A DNA stretch of 64,000 nt. Source: Oceanispirochaeta sp. (GTDB lineage: Bacteria > Spirochaetota > Spirochaetia > DSM-2461). Positions 28,921 through 38,100 of the stretch are shown piece by piece; within the stretch, counting starts at the first letter, position 1; every line of letters begins with the position of its first letter. The stretch is taken from the NCBI GenBank assembly GCA_963666275.2, contig CAXXOA010000002.1:1664001-1728000 (forward strand), read 5' to 3'. Made by a program: the position numbers and the translations under genes. Below the pieces are notes generated by a model. It was not told where the DNA came from. It saw only the letters and a program-made list of their open reading frames with translations, and did not search any database.

Positions 28921-29466
28921 CTATATGCCCGTTTTTTTAATAAATGCTCTGAATCCCCGCTCAATGGCTTTCACTGCCTCATCCATGGTGAGGCCATCCA
29001 TGTCGACAAGGATATCACTGCATTCCCTGATGGTTCTGTTCCTCTGTTCATAGAGCCTGTGAAAGGACTCTTCAGGATGGGATGAATCCAGGAAAGGAGG
29101 GATCCCCTTGCGGAGAATCCTTTCCAGAAGGACCTCTTCCCGGTCAATCAAACCGCAGAGGCACAGAGATGACGCTTTCAGCTGTTTCCGGGCGGAGGGG
29201 TTTTCCAGAGTTCCTCCTCCCAGGGCCAGACAGCGGAAGCCGTCTTCCGGTTTGTTCAGATAGTTTTCCAGAGCGGAACTCTCAAGTTCCATAAAGGATT
29301 CCGCTCCTTTTTCCCTGTACCATTCCCTTATGGTGTACCCCCGGGGCAGCATCTCTACTATCAGGTCATCCAGGTCTGTGAAAATTCCTTTGTGAGACTG
29401 AGCCAGTAAACGGCCTTTTGTGGACTTTCCCGTGTGTTTGACACCTGCCAGGGCAATATGATTCAT
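28921..29466 (-). CDS. aroK: Shikimate kinase
   Basis: GVKHTGKST P-loop, DLD, ALGGG; adjacent to aroC. Confidence 0.85.
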   Translation of the reverse strand: MNHIALAGVKHTGKSTKGRLLAQSHKGIFTDLDDLIVEMLPRGYTIREWYREKGAESFMELESSALENYLNKPEDGFRCLALGGGTLENPSARKQLKASSLCLCGLIDREEVLLERILRKGIPPFLDSSHPEESFHRLYEQRNRTIRECSDILVDMDGLTMDEAVKAIERGFRAFIKKTGI

Positions 29467-29587
29467 AGATGCATTTTTTCAGACTGGATGATTTTAGACA
29501 AGCCCCTAAATGATTGCAGAAAAAATCCGATAATAAAGAATATATAAATGGCGGAGATGATCACGGCTCTGCTGCAAGGAGTTCAAA

Positions 29588-29788
29588 ATGAAAGCATACA
29601 AAGTCAAAGGTACCATTGGTAGAACAGAGATACTTGAGGTTCTGAGGGAAAAACCCGAGGGCTTTCAGGTGAAAATCACCAGGAACTACAGTGACTGGAA
29701 AGAGGAAAAACGGGAATTCATGCCCCGGGAACTGTTCGAAACCTGCCTGCGGACCAGCTATCTGACAGAGGTATCCGGAACTCTTTAA
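29588..29788 (+). CDS. Small hypothetical protein
   Basis: AAGGAG SD, own downstream terminator, 66 aa; no family recognised. Confidence 0.7.
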   Translation: MKAYKVKGTIGRTEILEVLREKPEGFQVKITRNYSDWKEEKREFMPRELFETCLRTSYLTEVSGTL

Positions 29789-29823
29789 AAATGTAGATTA
29801 AACCTGTTTTATTTCATAAAGTG

Positions 29824-29858
29824 AAAGATCCACCCGCCATAAGGGAGGATCTTTTTTT
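29824..29858. terminator. Probable bidirectional terminator
   Basis: AAAGATCC...GGATCTTTTTTT between convergent genes. Confidence 0.7.
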
Positions 29859-29867
29859 ATGTCCGGA

Positions 29868-30476
29868 TTATTCCAGCCCCTGATCAAACCAGAATCCCAG
29901 ATGGTCTTTCAGTTCCTTGATTCCCTCTTTTTTGACAGAAGACAGGATCTGAATGCTCCAGGGAATCGGAAGGCCCCGCAGTTTATTGTTCATTTCCATC
30001 AGGGTTTTCTTTCGGGCTCCTGTTTTGAGCTTGTCCCCTTTGCTCAGGACAATATGAACCTCACGGTCACCGTCAACTGCCAGCTGCAGCATGGCTCTGT
30101 CCAGATCTGTGAGGGGATGGCGGATATCCATCAGTAGAACAATGCCCTTCAGGCACTCCCTGTGAAGAATATAATCGGTCATCTCCCTCTGCCAGCGTTC
30201 TTTCTCTTTGGGGGGAACTTTGGCGTATCCGTAACCGGGCAGATCGGCAAAACGGAGGCCGGACTGGACTTCAAAAAGGTTTATATGCTGGGTTTTGCCG
30301 GGCTGACCGCTTGTCTTTGCCAGATTCTTGCGGTTGGCCAGAGCATTGAGGGCACTGGATTTTCCCGCATTGGACCGGCCGGCAAAAGCGATTTCCATCC
30401 CTGTCGGGGCGGGGAGACTCTTCATATAGGGAGCGCTCGTTAAAAAACGGATATTACTGTATTTGATATCTGCCAT
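29868..30476 (-). CDS. engB: Ribosome biogenesis GTPase YihA/YsxC
   Basis: FAGRSNAGKSS, PGKTQ, DLPGYGYAKV, SKGDKL. Confidence 0.96.
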   Translation of the reverse strand: MADIKYSNIRFLTSAPYMKSLPAPTGMEIAFAGRSNAGKSSALNALANRKNLAKTSGQPGKTQHINLFEVQSGLRFADLPGYGYAKVPPKEKERWQREMTDYILHRECLKGIVLLMDIRHPLTDLDRAMLQLAVDGDREVHIVLSKGDKLKTGARKKTLMEMNNKLRGLPIPWSIQILSSVKKEGIKELKDHLGFWFDQGLE

Positions 30477-30587
30477 GGGGCAAATACTACAGGTATTGTG
30501 TCATCCTTTGAAGCCCCGGAAGACAAGTTTCAAATAATAATTCCAAGTGTAGGAAATCTCCGGTTAATATTGTATGATATTTCCCAT

Positions 30588-31664
30588 ATGAATACTAAAC
30601 TTATTACTGTGTTCCTGGGGCTTCTTACCCTTATGGCTCTGGGGGCTGTTCTTCATATTCTGCAGCCGCTTTTTCTGCCCCTTGTGGTGGCCGTGCTGCT
30701 CTCGTTTATTCTGGCACCCATAGTGGGACGGATTAACAGTAAAATTCCCAGGATCCTGGCTGTCTTTATGGTTATTATCCTTCTGATAGTAGCTCTCTAT
30801 GGAATAGGGTGGTTTTTCTATTCCAGTATCACAGCATTTATCTCGGTTTTAGGGTACTATCAGGACCGGTTCAATATCATTGTCCGGGAAATTATCCTCA
30901 GGTATAACCTGCCTTCCAATCTCCTTGAAATCCTTCAGCTCTCCAATGGACTGCGTTCGGGGCTGCTGAGCATTTCCATCTCCTTTGTCTCCTTTGCCGG
31001 GCAGCTTATCATCGTGCTGTTTTTTGTTGTGTTCATGCTTCTGGAAAATCCCCTTTCAGAAAAGAAAATGGAGCTGGCATTTAAAAACAAGGGAAGCGCC
31101 CGGGACCGGATCAGACGGATTATCCAGAAAATCAACAGCCAGATCACCCGCTACCTTTCAGTTAAACTGAGTATCAGTGTCGCCACTGGTGTGCTTGTGG
31201 GCGTTTCCCTCTACTTTATAGGGCTTGATTTCTATCTTATGTGGGGATTCTTTGCGATCCTCTTCAATTTTATTCCCAATATAGGTTCCTCCTTTATTAT
31301 GGCCGCTACGATCCTCATGTCTTTTATTCAGTTTTATCCCGATTGGAATCCCATAATCGCTACGATCATAGCTATGCCTGTGATACAGATGGTTCTGGGA
31401 AATTTTCTGGATCCCAAACTGCAGGGGAATCAGCTGGACCTGAGTCCTGTGGTGATCCTGGTCTCTCTTGTTTTCTGGGGCTGGATCTGGGGCATCGCCG
31501 GAATGTTTCTGGCTGTCCCCCTGACTGAGACAATCAAAATCATCTGCGCCAATGTGGATATACTCAAACCTGTCAGCATTCTTATGAGTTCCGGACGTGC
31601 CCTGGAGCCTCTGGAGCCTTTGGAGGATGGAACGGCAGGCGGGAATCATACAGCAGACAGTTAA
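30588..31664 (+). CDS. AI-2E family transporter
   Basis: LNFIPNIGS-like FNFIPNIGS, GNFLDPK, LSPVVILVSLVFWGWIWGIAGMFLAVP. Confidence 0.9.
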   Translation: MNTKLITVFLGLLTLMALGAVLHILQPLFLPLVVAVLLSFILAPIVGRINSKIPRILAVFMVIILLIVALYGIGWFFYSSITAFISVLGYYQDRFNIIVREIILRYNLPSNLLEILQLSNGLRSGLLSISISFVSFAGQLIIVLFFVVFMLLENPLSEKKMELAFKNKGSARDRIRRIIQKINSQITRYLSVKLSISVATGVLVGVSLYFIGLDFYLMWGFFAILFNFIPNIGSSFIMAATILMSFIQFYPDWNPIIATIIAMPVIQMVLGNFLDPKLQGNQLDLSPVVILVSLVFWGWIWGIAGMFLAVPLTETIKIICANVDILKPVSILMSSGRALEPLEPLEDGTAGGNHTADS

Positions 31665-31835
31665 TCCTAAAGGGGTGGGCTGCTCCTTTCAGGAGGTATC
31701 ATGATCTGCTTGCAAAAGAGGATACATAGTTAATATAAATCAGAATACAATCCAGATTCTCTTATATCATGGGAGGTCTCTCTCTGATGAGTTGGTTTTT
31801 GTGATTGTGAAAAATGAAAGGAAAAGGAAGAGAGA

Positions 31836-32528
31836 GTGTTTAAAGCTGTAATCTTTGATATGGACGGGACCCTGCTGGACAGCGAACCCCTTTATCTGAA
31901 AGCCGACCTTTCGGTTGTGGCGGCCCATGGCGGTTTTATGACCGAAGCGGAGCATGACAAATACATCGGTGTGGGTAATAAGGCCTTTATGATAAGCATC
32001 CGGGAAATTTACGGGATCAATAAGTCTGTGGAAGATCTGATCGCCTTTCAGGAGAGCATCTATATGGAGATGGCCCGGGAAGAAATTGCGGCATTTCCCG
32101 AAATGGAAAAGTTTGCCCGCTGGGCTAAAGACAGGGGCTTGCTCGTCGCCATCGCCTCGGGTTCCAGTAACCGGGTTATTGAAGAATTGACCGAAATAGC
32201 CGGTGTACGGGACCTCTTCGAGCTCCGGATATCCTCAGAAGAGGTGGAGAAGGGGAAGCCCGCACCAGATGTCTTTCTGGAAACTGCAAAACGGCTCCAT
32301 GTTGCACCGGATGAGTGTCTGGTGATAGAAGATTCCCCTTTCGGGGTAGAAGCCGCCAGAAGGGCGGGAATGGCTTGTGTGGCTGTGCCACAGTTTTCCA
32401 CCCCTGATCCCAAAGGCTACTTTGATTACGCCAGCCTCCGGTACCGTCAGGGGATGCAGGAGTTTACCTCATCCAGCCTGGTGGAGTGGATCCGGGATAA
32501 AGTGATTCCTGTATCTGTGAAAGCCTGA
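31836..32528 (+). CDS. HAD family phosphatase (beta-PGM/CbbY-like)
   Basis: FDMDGTLLDSE, ASGS, KPAPDVF, IEDS. Confidence 0.9.
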   Translation: MFKAVIFDMDGTLLDSEPLYLKADLSVVAAHGGFMTEAEHDKYIGVGNKAFMISIREIYGINKSVEDLIAFQESIYMEMAREEIAAFPEMEKFARWAKDRGLLVAIASGSSNRVIEELTEIAGVRDLFELRISSEEVEKGKPAPDVFLETAKRLHVAPDECLVIEDSPFGVEAARRAGMACVAVPQFSTPDPKGYFDYASLRYRQGMQEFTSSSLVEWIRDKVIPVSVKA

Positions 32529-32551
32529 CAGCTCTTTCGGAAAAAATCCTA

Positions 32552-33187
32552 CTACTCAGCAAAAATCCCGGTGTTTTCACTGGGAATGGCTTTGTCTTTC
32601 CCGATATACTTTTCCAAAGTAAAAGGTATCTCTATGACGCCCTCATCTCCCTGGGGGGTCTTGGCCGGTATACGGATTGTACCCTTGGTTGCATCTTTTA
32701 TGGGGATCAGGAATACAAGAAAACCCTTAAAAGGAGCGTCCGGTGAGGCTGAAAATTCCGAAGGTTTCAGAGTTTTGTTTATTCTGTTCCGCATGTGTAG
32801 AGCCTGAGTATCATTATCATAATAGGAATTCCAGTTACTGTTTAATGTGAAATAGTTGGATGCCTTATAGGTACTCTCTCCAATCGAAATCGTTATGGTC
32901 TCCCGTGAGAATTCCACTTCTGAAGTCTCGGTTGTAATAGATGTATCAAATACCAGCAGATACCGGGGAGGAAGTTTTCCCGGGAAATCAATAAAGGGGT
33001 TTTCATCTTTTCCGTACAGTTCGATTAGATTATCTCTGGTCAATGGTGTGAGCCTGAACTGTATATCCGATATTTTGTATTCAATAGTATCCTGTGTCGG
33101 TTGGTAAGTTGTGGTTCTACAGCCTGTAAGAATGGCAAGTGAGAAAAGCAGTACGGGTATGATTGCTCGAAAAATTCTGAAATACAT
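32552..33187 (-). CDS. Hypothetical lipoprotein
   Basis: Signal peptide with lipobox LTGC; no family recognised. Confidence 0.7.
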   Translation of the reverse strand: MYFRIFRAIIPVLLFSLAILTGCRTTTYQPTQDTIEYKISDIQFRLTPLTRDNLIELYGKDENPFIDFPGKLPPRYLLVFDTSITTETSEVEFSRETITISIGESTYKASNYFTLNSNWNSYYDNDTQALHMRNRINKTLKPSEFSASPDAPFKGFLVFLIPIKDATKGTIRIPAKTPQGDEGVIEIPFTLEKYIGKDKAIPSENTGIFAE

Positions 33188-33284
33188 CTAAAAGGCTCCT
33201 GTAAAGTTAGATGAGATAACAATAGCATGGAAGTCTCAGTTGTAAAATACAGCTGAGGAAATATCTTGATGCATTCCAAACTAT

Positions 33285-33315
33285 AAAAAAAGGCTGACCC
33301 GTGCAGGTCAGCCTT
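33285..33315 (-). terminator. Rho-independent terminator of the porin-like gene
   Basis: AAGGCTGACC-loop-GGTCAGCCTT with an A6 tract (U tract on the minus strand). Confidence 0.8.
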
Positions 33316-33342
33316 ATATATTAAGCATATCTGAAAATCAGA

Positions 33343-34491
33343 TTAGAAAGAAGCTCCAACTTTCATGAAGAAGTTTCCTGCTCTGTCAGCTCCATCCATG
33401 AAACCGGCAGCGTAACCTTCGTAGTCAGAAGACAGAGTGTAACCGGCAGTGTAAGATACATTGTCGATAGCCAGTTTAGCACCAGCTTCGTATGCAATTA
33501 CATCTTCCATGTCTGCATCTCCGGCATCCAGGGGCATAGCCATGGCTGCGAAAACAGTTGCCATTTCGCTAACTGCATAGTTTGCATTCAGAGAAACAGT
33601 TGTTGTTTCTGAAAAAGAGGGGCCGTCTTCTACATCAAAGAAAGTAGTATTAGAAGCTGCACCAACAGTCAGAGCATCCATTGTGTAAGCAACAGACAGT
33701 CCGTAAGAAGTTACAGATGAGAGCTCAAGAGCGTCAATTTCTTCGAAAGAAGCATTCTCAAAACCAACACCAACAGTAAGACCATCCATTACAGCATAAG
33801 CACCGTTAATACCGAAAACAGTAGGTTCAACTGCTACGATTGCATCAGTTACAGAAGCAGGGGCACCTTCCGCTTCAGCATAAGCGGTCAGGACGTCAAG
33901 CGCTTTCCAACCAGCAGTTGCTTCACTGAAGTAGTATACAGATACGTCAGCACCTTCTACGATAGTACCGTAAACTTCTGCACCGAAGTTATTTCCTTCA
34001 TACATTGAAAGATCTACAGTTACAGGATCGATTCCGAGGCTTACTTTGGTCATCAGTGTTCCCTGGTCCAGAGCTCCGTCAGAAGCGAAATCACCATATC
34101 CGGCAACTTCATTGTAGTTTACAGGATCTCCACCAAGACCAGCGATACCGAAAGTTACTGCAACAGATACAGGAGATTCGATACCAAGAGCGCCAGTAAG
34201 GTCCTGAGTCAGGGTAGCCTGATTCATGTAGACAACACTGTCTCCGGATTCATCAGCAAGTTCTCCGTCTGTGTCTTCGTATTCAGCTTCGAATTCAGCT
34301 GAAATTGAAGTGTAGTCACCAACAGTTCCGCCAAGATCGAGTACCATATCATTGGTATCAATCTTTTCAGCATAGTCATCTGCATTGAAGGCCCATTCGA
34401 AATCAACTTCACCAGACGCGGTTACTTCAGCAAATACAGGGGCGGCCAGAATGGCCAGGACGATTGTCAGGATAACAAAAGTCTTTTTCAT
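33343..34491 (-). CDS. Acidic outer-membrane beta-barrel (porin-like) protein
   Basis: SPI signal (PVFA/EV), alternating amphipathic strands, C-terminal MKVGASF; AGGAG SD. Confidence 0.7.
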   Translation of the reverse strand: MKKTFVILTIVLAILAAPVFAEVTASGEVDFEWAFNADDYAEKIDTNDMVLDLGGTVGDYTSISAEFEAEYEDTDGELADESGDSVVYMNQATLTQDLTGALGIESPVSVAVTFGIAGLGGDPVNYNEVAGYGDFASDGALDQGTLMTKVSLGIDPVTVDLSMYEGNNFGAEVYGTIVEGADVSVYYFSEATAGWKALDVLTAYAEAEGAPASVTDAIVAVEPTVFGINGAYAVMDGLTVGVGFENASFEEIDALELSSVTSYGLSVAYTMDALTVGAASNTTFFDVEDGPSFSETTTVSLNANYAVSEMATVFAAMAMPLDAGDADMEDVIAYEAGAKLAIDNVSYTAGYTLSSDYEGYAAGFMDGADRAGNFFMKVGASF

Positions 34492-34667
34492 AATTACTTT
34501 CACTCCTACTTGTTTTATTTACAGAACCAGGTTCTGCGTAATTTATACAGTTAACTCGATCTTAGGAGCCGTTTGTGTGCGCATTATGTAGTAAATGTGA
34601 AGAATGTGTGAAGCAAAGAAAAAATAACTGTTTTCTAACAGCAGAATATGGGGAGTAGACAGAACAT

Positions 34668-36020
34668 CTACACATTAAGGCTGGATGAACAGGTTTTCAT
34701 AAGCATTTCAAAGGAAATCCGGTTGTCATTGAGGTTTTCCACCTTCAATTCCGCCCCCAGGATCTCGGAGATTTTACGGGAAATGGTCAGTCCCAGACCG
34801 CTCCCTTTGGTCTTCCGGCTGAAATCGGCTTTATACAGGGGATCGAAGATCCTCTCCAGCTGTTCCCGCTCCAGCTGGCCCCGGGGGATCACACGGAAGT
34901 AGCCTGTTTTATCCAGAACGCCCATGCGGATCTCAATGGTCGATCCGGGCAGGGAGAATTCTATGGCATTTTCAATAAGATGGGTAAAGGCCGTTGTTAT
35001 TAGGGAAAAATCGCAGAGGAAGGAGAAGTCCATAAAATCCCATTCCAGCTCTATCTCCTTCTCTCTGGCCGGTTCTGTCAGTGTTATTACAAGGTGTTCC
35101 TTGATGGCTGGGGTCGAGATAAACTGTCTGGTGAGTTTGAAGTTGGAGGATTCCAGTTTGGAGAGCAGGGCAAAATCCCGGATCATCAGTTCCATCCCTG
35201 CCAGTTCGGATAGGATGGTTTCCCATCTTTCCGGGGTCATGGGAAGAATCCCGTCGCGGCAGGCTATGAACTGGGATTTCAGGGCCGTAATGGGTGTTCT
35301 CAGATCGTGGGTGATATTCTTGTACCAGCTGTTCCTCTGGCCCTCCTGCTGAATCATCTTCTTCTGCAGGAGCAGAGCCGCATCATTAATGGCCATCATT
35401 TCCGTTGTGGATGAGGGCGTTATTTCAAAGTTGTTGTATCCCTCGGAGAGATTCATCAGATTGATGGCTATCTCTTTGGCTTCTCCAGCGAAATGTCCTG
35501 CGATTCTGAAAGCAAGCCAGAGGGATACGAAAAAGGAGAAGATCATCCCTCCCAGAGCCATATGGATGATCCGGGAGATAAACTGCCTGTTTTCATCGAA
35601 ATGGCGGAATTCCACGGGGATCAGTATATAGTAACCTATAATCTCATTATTGAAATAATAGGGTGAAGCCGCGCTGTTGTCCGGTTCTGGCGGGGTATAG
35701 TTGTCAAGGCTGGAATTGAGCCAGTGGCAGACAAGGTTTTTATGTTTATCATAGATAAGCAGCTGTGCCATTCCTATAAGGCGCTGCTGAGCCTTTAGAA
35801 TATTTTTCTGGCAGATCTCCTCTGTTAAGTCTGTGGCTTCTCCTTCTGTAATCGAGGAGAACATGACATCCAGAGTTTCCTGGGCCTTCTTTTCAATTTT
35901 ACCGTTCCAGTCTTTCTGGGAACTCTGATAGGCCAGAAAAAAAGAAGAGCCTACGAAAACGAGATTAAGTCCGATAATGAGAAAAAAAGCCGCCAGAATC
36001 CTGGCGCTCATGGATTTCAC
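34668..36020 (-). CDS. Sensor histidine kinase
   Basis: Two TM segments; ITHDLRTPIT H-box, LIENAIEF, GSGLGLTIS. Confidence 0.92.
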   Translation of the reverse strand: MKSMSARILAAFFLIIGLNLVFVGSSFFLAYQSSQKDWNGKIEKKAQETLDVMFSSITEGEATDLTEEICQKNILKAQQRLIGMAQLLIYDKHKNLVCHWLNSSLDNYTPPEPDNSAASPYYFNNEIIGYYILIPVEFRHFDENRQFISRIIHMALGGMIFSFFVSLWLAFRIAGHFAGEAKEIAINLMNLSEGYNNFEITPSSTTEMMAINDAALLLQKKMIQQEGQRNSWYKNITHDLRTPITALKSQFIACRDGILPMTPERWETILSELAGMELMIRDFALLSKLESSNFKLTRQFISTPAIKEHLVITLTEPAREKEIELEWDFMDFSFLCDFSLITTAFTHLIENAIEFSLPGSTIEIRMGVLDKTGYFRVIPRGQLEREQLERIFDPLYKADFSRKTKGSGLGLTISRKISEILGAELKVENLNDNRISFEMLMKTCSSSLNV

Positions 36021-36703
36021 TTACTGTTTCCTGCGAACCTGTATCCGTAACCCCGAACGGTCTCTATCCAGTCCGGATTCTGAAGCTTGGCTCTGAGATT
36101 CTTTATATGAGTATCCACAGTCCGGTCGTACCCTTCAAAAGAGTATTCAAGGCATCTGTCCAGAATCTGTTCCCGGGAAACAACTGCTCCCCCGTTGGAT
36201 GAAAGATAGAGCAGAATCTTCCACTCCGCAGCGGTGAGCTTCAAAGGCTGGTCGTTAAGAAGCGCTTTGTGAGAATCCTCATCGGTTGTCAGAACCTGAC
36301 CGTCCAGCTCCCATCCTGTCATTTTTTTCTGGGGAATCGTCGTCCCTGTCCTTTTAAGAACAGCCCCCACGCGGAGTACAAGTTCCTTGGGAGAGAAGGG
36401 TTTGACAATATAATCGTCCGCTCCGACTTCAAAACCCGTAATCCTGTCAGATTCGGACTCTCTGGCGGTCATAAATATGATGGGAATTTCGGACTTCTGC
36501 CGTATCTCCTTGGCAAAAACGAAACCGTCCCCGTCGGGAAGCATTGCATCCAGGATCAGAAGATCCGGAGTCCTTGCCATAATGGCTTCCTTGACGCCGC
36601 TGAGGACATCAAATTCCTCCACCTCATAATCGGATAATTTCAGGTACCCTGAAACCGCTTCTCTAATGGAGTTATTATCTTCTATTACAAATATCAGTGC
36701 CAT
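36017..36703 (-). CDS. OmpR family response regulator
   Basis: IEDN, LDAMLP, GADDYIVKPFSPKEL, RTVDTHIKNLRAKL. Confidence 0.95.
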   Translation of the reverse strand: MALIFVIEDNNSIREAVSGYLKLSDYEVEEFDVLSGVKEAIMARTPDLLILDAMLPDGDGFVFAKEIRQKSEIPIIFMTARESESDRITGFEVGADDYIVKPFSPKELVLRVGAVLKRTGTTIPQKKMTGWELDGQVLTTDEDSHKALLNDQPLKLTAAEWKILLYLSSNGGAVVSREQILDRCLEYSFEGYDRTVDTHIKNLRAKLQNPDWIETVRGYGYRFAGNSK

Positions 36704-36981
36704 ATTAATATTCTGTAGTAGAACCGGGATTTTATCCAGTCCTTTTTGTAAACGCCTTGAAGTTTTTCAATGAAACGCCGGAGGAAAAGGAATAAGGTCC
36801 TGAAATGGACAGCTCTTAATCAGCATCGATTCTCTTTTCAGTATTCTCTGTTTGGAGTCAAGGCCTGTTTTCCCTTCTCGTTGAAGAGCCTCAGTAATGG
36901 GGAACAGGGGATCTCCCTTCCTTTTTATAAAAGCCTATGGTATTATCCCAAAAAATGTCCATTTGAAGGGAGATATCTTTC

Positions 36982-37983
36982 ATGAGCAAACAGGTGGCTC
37001 TTACGGGGATAAAGCCTACGGGAATGCCCCATCTCGGAAATTATCTGGGAGCTGTTAAACCGGCCCTTGAGCTGGCGGAAAAATACGAAGCCCGCTACTT
37101 TATAGCAGATTATCATTCACTGAATTCCATAAAAGACCCGGTTGCTCTGAGAGAGTATACCTATGAAATAGCCGCCTGCTGGCTTGCCTGCGGCCTGGAC
37201 CCGGAAAAGGTTCTTATCTACAGGCAGTCTGATGTTCCCGAAACATTTGAACTGACCACCATGATTATGGCTTTTACCCCCAAGGGGCTGATGAACAGGG
37301 CTCATGCCTACAAGGCCCAGCTTGATCAGAACAGGGAGAAGGGGAAACCCGAAGACTATAACATTAATATGGGCCTGTATACCTATCCGGTTCTGATGGC
37401 GGCGGATATCCTTCTTTTCGATACAAATTATGTTCCCGTCGGCAAGGATCAGGTGCAGCATATTGAAATGGCTGTGGATATTGCCCAGGCGGTAAACAGA
37501 AACTATAAAAAGGATCTGCTGACTCTGCCCGAACCGGTTGTTTCCGAATCCACGCAGGTTGTGGTGGGGCTCGACGGAAGAAAGATGAGCAAGAGTTATG
37601 ATAATACAATTCCTCTCTTTGTTCCTGAGAAGAAACTGAAAAAACTCTGCAATAAGATTGTCACAAACTCGCAGAGTGTGGATGAACCGAAGGATCCGGA
37701 AACCTGCAATGTCTTTACCCTTTATAAACTCTTTGCTGCGCCCGAACAGCAGGAGGCTCTGGCTGAGCGGTACCGGGCAGGCGGTATGGGCTGGGGCGAG
37801 GCCAAGGGTGAACTGTTCAATGTGCTGAATGAGCAGATCTCTCCCATGAGAGAAAAATATGAAGAGCTTATGGCTGACAGATCCAGGATCGACCGGATTC
37901 TCCGGGAAGGCTCCGAAAGAGCCCGCGAACTGGCCTCAGAGAAGATCAGGACTCTGAGAAAAGCCATGGGTTTTGATCTCTGA
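36982..37983 (+). CDS. trpS: Tryptophan--tRNA ligase
   Basis: TGIKPTG.PHLGNY (HIGH), YPVLMAADIL, VPVGKDQ, KMSKS. Confidence 0.97.
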   Translation: MSKQVALTGIKPTGMPHLGNYLGAVKPALELAEKYEARYFIADYHSLNSIKDPVALREYTYEIAACWLACGLDPEKVLIYRQSDVPETFELTTMIMAFTPKGLMNRAHAYKAQLDQNREKGKPEDYNINMGLYTYPVLMAADILLFDTNYVPVGKDQVQHIEMAVDIAQAVNRNYKKDLLTLPEPVVSESTQVVVGLDGRKMSKSYDNTIPLFVPEKKLKKLCNKIVTNSQSVDEPKDPETCNVFTLYKLFAAPEQQEALAERYRAGGMGWGEAKGELFNVLNEQISPMREKYEELMADRSRIDRILREGSERARELASEKIRTLRKAMGFDL

Positions 37984-38022
37984 TATTTTTCTTAACAATT
38001 TCTTAACAGATCCGGTTTTTAG

Positions 38023-38051
38023 AGGGAGTCTTCCATAGGCTCCCTTTTTTT
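38023..38051 (+). terminator. Rho-independent terminator of trpS
   Basis: AGGGAGTCT-TCCAT-AGGCTCCCT-TTTTTT. Confidence 0.8.
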
Positions 38052-38059
38052 ATGATTGA

Positions 38060-38074
38060 TGGCACGGTAATTGT
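38060..38074 (+). promoter_or_regulatory. Putative sigma54 (-24/-12) promoter
   Basis: TGGCACGGTAATTGT vs consensus TGGCAC-N5-TTGC; correct spacing, one mismatch at -12. Confidence 0.6.
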
Positions 38075-38100
38075 GATAGTTCCCTCTATAAGGAGGAATT

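Noticed and set aside
31602..31626. LEPLEPLE micro-duplication at the AI-2E C-terminus
   Set aside because: Short 9-bp slippage in a disordered tail with no evident function
31669..31689. AAAGGGGTGGGCTGCTCCTTT as a yybP-ykoY riboswitch start
   Set aside because: Lacks GGGGAGUAGC and the downstream elements; better explained as a small hairpin after the AI-2E stop
31760..31835. CTGATGAG...GAAA upstream of the HAD gene (hammerhead ribozyme or fluoride riboswitch?)
   Set aside because: No stem II can form between CUGAUGA and GAAA, and the fluoride riboswitch GAUGG/CCUAC elements are absent
36704..36981. T-box leader upstream of trpS (also checked proS and serS)
   Set aside because: No GGTGGNACCGCG T-box motif; proS and serS leaders are too short
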